Part shown: in pieces, positions 60,938 through 64,000 of the stretch
Numbering within the stretch: position 1 is the stretch's first letter
Layout: every line of letters begins with the position of its first letter
Origin: Chloroflexota bacterium
GTDB lineage: Bacteria > Chloroflexota > UBA6077 > FW602-bin22
NCBI GenBank assembly: GCA_035651675.1
Contig: DASRFH010000019.1
Coordinates: 18,288-82,287 of the forward strand
Direction of reading: 5' to 3'
DNA: 64,000 nucleotides
Position numbers and translations under genes: made by a program
The notes under the pieces: model-generated
Seen by the model: the letters and a program-made list of their open reading frames with translations, nothing else
What the model was told of the DNA's origin: nothing
The model's database searches: none

Positions 60938-62032
60938 TTGGGCGTCACGGAGAACGACCTGAGCGACGGCCAGACCACCGCGCGCGAGCCCGCGACCGTC
61001 GAGGCGGCCACCGCGTTCCGCTCGGTCGAAGCACGGCTGCACGATCTCCTACAGGAAACCCGTGACGAGCAGGCGCGCTTCCTGGAGAAGCTGCGCGAAG
61101 TCGAATGGCAGCTCGGCACAACCGCCGCCCGGATCGACGCGCTCGCCGACGAGGCACAGTCGGCCGGCGTCGACGCGGCGAAGCGCGAGCTCGAGGCATC
61201 GGTCCTGCGCGAAAAGCACGAGGCGCTGCGCGCCCGGCGCGCCGCCATCGGGGAGCGGCTGAGCCAGCTGCAGCTCGCCGTTCGCAAGCTGCGCTCGGTG
61301 ATCACGCAGGCGCAGATGAGCGCCGACTACCTCGGAGGTGGGTTCGGCGATACGGACGAGGACCTACTCAGCCTGACCCAGGTCTGGGCGCTCGAGGCGC
61401 AGGAGGAGGAGCGCCGGCGGCTCGCCCGCGAGATCCACGACGGGCCGGCCCAGGTGCTCGCCAACGCCACGTTCCAGCTCGAGTACTGCCAGCGCCTGCT
61501 CGAGCGCGATCCGAGCCGGCTGCAGGCGGAGCTCCAACGGCTCGGCGACGACCTGCGCGACGGCCTGGCCGAGGTCCGCTACTTCATCTTCGACCTGCGG
61601 CCTGGCCCCCTGGCGGAGCTCGGCCTGAGTGCGACGCTGCAGAGGTACGCCGAGAACTTCCAGCAACGTTCCGGTATCGAGGTCGAGCTCGACCTCGAGT
61701 TCGAGCAAGCACGGCTCTCCCCGACCAAGGAGATGGCGGTGTTCCGCATCGTCCAGGAGGCGCTCCAGAACGTGCGCAAACACAGCGGCGCCAGGCACGC
61801 GCGCGTCGCGCTCGCGACGCGCCACGACGGGCTGCACGTCTCGGTGACCGACGACGGCGTCGGCTTCGACTCGAGCCGGCGAGCGGAGACGGGCGGCCGC
61901 CACTTCGGTCTTTCGAGTATGGAGGAGCGCGCGCGGCTGATCCGCGCCGAGCTCCACGTCACCAGCAAGCCCGGCCAGGGCACGTCGGTCAACCTGCGCG
62001 TGCCGACGGACGCCGCCGGCGAGGAAAGGTAG
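60938..62032 (+). CDS. Cytoplasmic sensor histidine kinase, DegS-like (coiled-coil N-terminus, HisKA_3 + HATPase_c)
   Basis: No TM segments. EERRRLAREIHDGPAQ (H-box), QEALQNVRKHS (N-box), DDGVGFD and GLSSMEERA. Confidence 0.8.
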   Translation: MGVTENDLSDGQTTAREPATVEAATAFRSVEARLHDLLQETRDEQARFLEKLREVEWQLGTTAARIDALADEAQSAGVDAAKRELEASVLREKHEALRARRAAIGERLSQLQLAVRKLRSVITQAQMSADYLGGGFGDTDEDLLSLTQVWALEAQEEERRRLAREIHDGPAQVLANATFQLEYCQRLLERDPSRLQAELQRLGDDLRDGLAEVRYFIFDLRPGPLAELGLSATLQRYAENFQQRSGIEVELDLEFEQARLSPTKEMAVFRIVQEALQNVRKHSGARHARVALATRHDGLHVSVTDDGVGFDSSRRAETGGRHFGLSSMEERARLIRAELHVTSKPGQGTSVNLRVPTDAAGEER

Positions 62033-62045
62033 GGGACAACAGCAC

Positions 62046-62729
62046 ATGGACCGCATTCGCGTACTGATCGCCGACGACCACCCCATCTTCCGGCAGGGCC
62101 TGCGCGGCATCCTGGAGGCAGAGCCCGACATCGACGTCGTCGGCGAGGCATCCGACGGCAAACAGGCGATCGCCCTGGCCCGCGCGGTCGCGCCCGACGT
62201 CATCCTGGTCGACGTGCACATGCCGAACAGCGACGGCCTGGAGGTCGCGCGGACGGTGAAGCTGCACCTCCCACGTGCTGGCATTATCCTGATGACCGCC
62301 TACGACGACGAGGAGCAGCTCTTCCAGGCGATCAAGGTCGGCGCGTCGGCGTTCTTCCTGAAGGACATCCGGCCGGACGAGATGCTCGACGGCATCCGCC
62401 GGGCCGCCGCCGGCGAGTACCTGATCAACGAGAGCGTTCTCACGAAGCCACTCGTCGCCTCGCGCGTGCTCAAGCAGTTCCGCGATCTGTCGATGGTGGG
62501 TCAGGAGATGGAGCCGCTCTTCGTGCCGCTGTCGGCGCGCGAGATCGAGGTGCTCGACTACATCGCCCGTGGGAACTCGAACAAGGAGATCGCGCGGGCG
62601 CTGAAGATCTCGGACCAGACGGTCAAGAACCACATCACCTCGATCCTGCGCAAGCTCGCCGTGAACGACCGTACCCAGGCAGTCGTCTACGCGCTGCGAC
62701 GCGGCTGGATCAAGATGCAGGAGCTCTGA
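62046..62729 (+). CDS. NarL/LuxR (DegU-like) response regulator
   Basis: The receiver domain (IRVLIADDHPIF, DVILVDVHMP) is followed by a LuxR-type HTH (LSAREIEVLDYIARGNSNKEIA...SDQTVKNHITSILRKL). Confidence 0.9.
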   Translation: MDRIRVLIADDHPIFRQGLRGILEAEPDIDVVGEASDGKQAIALARAVAPDVILVDVHMPNSDGLEVARTVKLHLPRAGIILMTAYDDEEQLFQAIKVGASAFFLKDIRPDEMLDGIRRAAAGEYLINESVLTKPLVASRVLKQFRDLSMVGQEMEPLFVPLSAREIEVLDYIARGNSNKEIARALKISDQTVKNHITSILRKLAVNDRTQAVVYALRRGWIKMQEL

Positions 62730-62781
62730 GCTGGACGCCGCCGCGCCCGACGAGGCCGTCGCCGAGCAGCTCCCGCCCGAG

Positions 62782-63432
62782 GTGGTCGCGGCTCGGCGCA
62801 TCGTCGCGCAGCGCGAAGCCGACCGGATGGTGCTCGCGCGGGCGCTGCACGACGAGGCGGCGCAGACGCTCGCGAACATCGCGCTCCATTTGCAGATCTG
62901 CGAGCGCGCGATCGCGGTCGACGTCGAGCGCGGCCGAGCGGAGCTCGCCGGCGCGCGCGCCGCGCTGGGCGAGGCGATCAACCGCCTCCGGGCGCAGGTC
63001 TTCCAGCTCCGCCCGCTGATCCTGGAGGAAGTCGGGGTCGGCCCAACGCTCCGGCGCTACGCCGGCACCCTGCCGAGCCGCGACGACCTCGCGGTCGAAG
63101 TCGTGGATGGACTCGGCGCCACCCGTCTCGATCAACGCGTCGAGCTGGGCCTCTACCGCATCGCCCAGGCCGCGCTCGACAACGCAGTCGCCCACTCCGG
63201 CGCGTCGGCGGTCGTCGCGGAGCTGCGCCCGGTCGGCGGCGCGGTGGAATTGCGCGTCCGGGACGACGGCGCCGGCTTCGACGCCGCCGGCGCGCTGGCG
63301 CAGATCGAGAGCAGCGACGCGATCGGAGGCCTCCGCACGATGGTCGAATGGTCGCGCGCGCTCGGCGCCGAGCTCGAGCTCACGAGCAGCGCCGAAGGAA
63401 CACTGGTCAGGGTCCTGGTACCCCTCTCCTAG
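62782..63432 (+). CDS. Short stand-alone histidine kinase core (HisKA_3 + HATPase_c, no sensor domain)
   Basis: 216 aa. ARALHDEAAQTL (H-box), AQAALDNAVAHS (N-box), DDGAGFD and GLRTMVEWS. No canonical start exists upstream of GTG 62782. Confidence 0.65.
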   Translation: MVAARRIVAQREADRMVLARALHDEAAQTLANIALHLQICERAIAVDVERGRAELAGARAALGEAINRLRAQVFQLRPLILEEVGVGPTLRRYAGTLPSRDDLAVEVVDGLGATRLDQRVELGLYRIAQAALDNAVAHSGASAVVAELRPVGGAVELRVRDDGAGFDAAGALAQIESSDAIGGLRTMVEWSRALGAELELTSSAEGTLVRVLVPLS

Positions 63433-63655
63433 GCGGGCCCTTTAGCCCAATTCGGCCAGCCGCCGGCTGGTCGGCTGTCGATCACCCACCGGTACTGGGC
63501 CCGCCTCCGACCGGGCCCCTGCCGACGTCCTAGCTGCATTGGGACGAGCGGGGCATTGTCCGTGTTAAGCGCGCATCGGAAACTGCGGCCACCTCGGACC
63601 GACACCCCGGAACACGGAGCGGCGGACCGAAGACACACGGGTGGAGGTGCGGCGG

Positions 63656-63853
63656 ATGGTGAAGGTCCGGCGGTGCGGCCCGCGCTCGGTCGGCGAGGCG
63701 GCGCGACCAGCCGGCGAGGAAGGACAAGGCCTGGTTGAGTACGCGCTCATCCTGCTGTTCGTGGCGGTTGCCATCGTCGGCGCGCTGGGGGCGTTCGGGG
63801 GTGGGCTGGCGGGGGAGTACTCCTCGATCGCCAGCACCGTCGCCAGCCTGTAA
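63656..63853 (+). CDS. Flp/Fap family type IVb pilin
   Basis: ATG 63656 lies 8 nt after GGAGG. The leader ends EEGQGLVEYALILLFVAVAIVGAL, giving the G/xxxxEY prepilin-peptidase motif plus a hydrophobic helix. Confidence 0.7.
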   Translation: MVKVRRCGPRSVGEAARPAGEEGQGLVEYALILLFVAVAIVGALGAFGGGLAGEYSSIASTVASL

Positions 63854-63920
63854 CCGGCTCGACGACCGTTCGTCGCACGTCCAACCCAAGACGCACCAAG
63901 AAGAAGGAGAACCAAGTCCG

Positions 63921-64000
63921 ATGCAGTTCCTGAACGAGCAGTACCTGAAGGCCGTCAACGCGCTGGAAGCCGGCGAGGAAGGGCAAGGCCTCGTCGAGTA
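63921..64000 (+). CDS. Second Flp family pilin (5' part, runs off the right edge)
   Basis: AAGGAGA RBS, then ATG 63921. My own translation, MQFLNEQYLKAVNALEAGEEGQGLVEY..., shows the same EEGQGLVEY motif as the upstream paralog. Confidence 0.6.
   Translation, partial: MQFLNEQYLKAVNALEAGEEGQGLVE

Overview
This is a 64-kb, roughly 70% GC, gene-dense chromosomal segment from a high-GC bacterium. An LPXTG-type sorting signal, DegS/DegU-like two-component genes, an orphan MsmX-type ATPase and Flp pilins hint at a monoderm-type lineage such as Chloroflexota or Actinomycetota, but that is inference only.

I can support about 60 protein-coding genes, nearly all housekeeping:
- DNA and cell envelope: mutS and mutL (separated by ~5 kb), XerC/D-type recombinase, mreB, murA.
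- Energy: a complete F1Fo ATP synthase operon (atpZ-BEFHAGDC).
- Nitrogen and translation: gltB, dcd, valS, hisS.
- Polyamines: a speH-speE-decarboxylase operon, plus a fused membrane spermidine-synthase-like gene.
- Nucleotide and histidine synthesis: guaA-purD-purC-purS, hisB-hisD.
- Membrane, signalling and surface: an NfeD/SPFH pair, a DegS/DegU-like two-component cluster, and two Flp pilin genes at the right edge.

I saw no rRNA, tRNA, CRISPR array, transposase or prophage. Many long ORFs in the supplied track are Arg/Pro/Gly/Ala-rich off-frame or antisense shadows of real genes, as expected at this GC content, and I discarded them.

Main leads:
1. A glutaredoxin-like + PDZ gene whose first redox Cys codon is an in-frame TGA. 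A well-placed hairpin follows it, making this a candidate selenoprotein with a SECIS element.
2. A 79-aa protein with a beta-grasp-like pattern ending in Gly-Gly, tightly followed by an unrecognisable 174-aa ORF. This may be a ubiquitin-like or sulfur-carrier module in an unusual context.
3. A tandem-AAA_5 (MoxR/CbbQ/NorQ-class) ATPase with deviant Walker B motifs, paired with a CobT/NorD-like acidic-linker VWA protein and no recognisable client gene.
4. A MARF1-like NYN + multi-LOTUS (OST-HTH) protein with RGG boxes, apparently heading the guaA-pur operon.
5. Promoter-plus-terminator leaders upstream of valS and gltB that do not fit riboswitch or T-box classes I recognise.

All functional calls come from reading translated motifs by eye. 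No database search was run.
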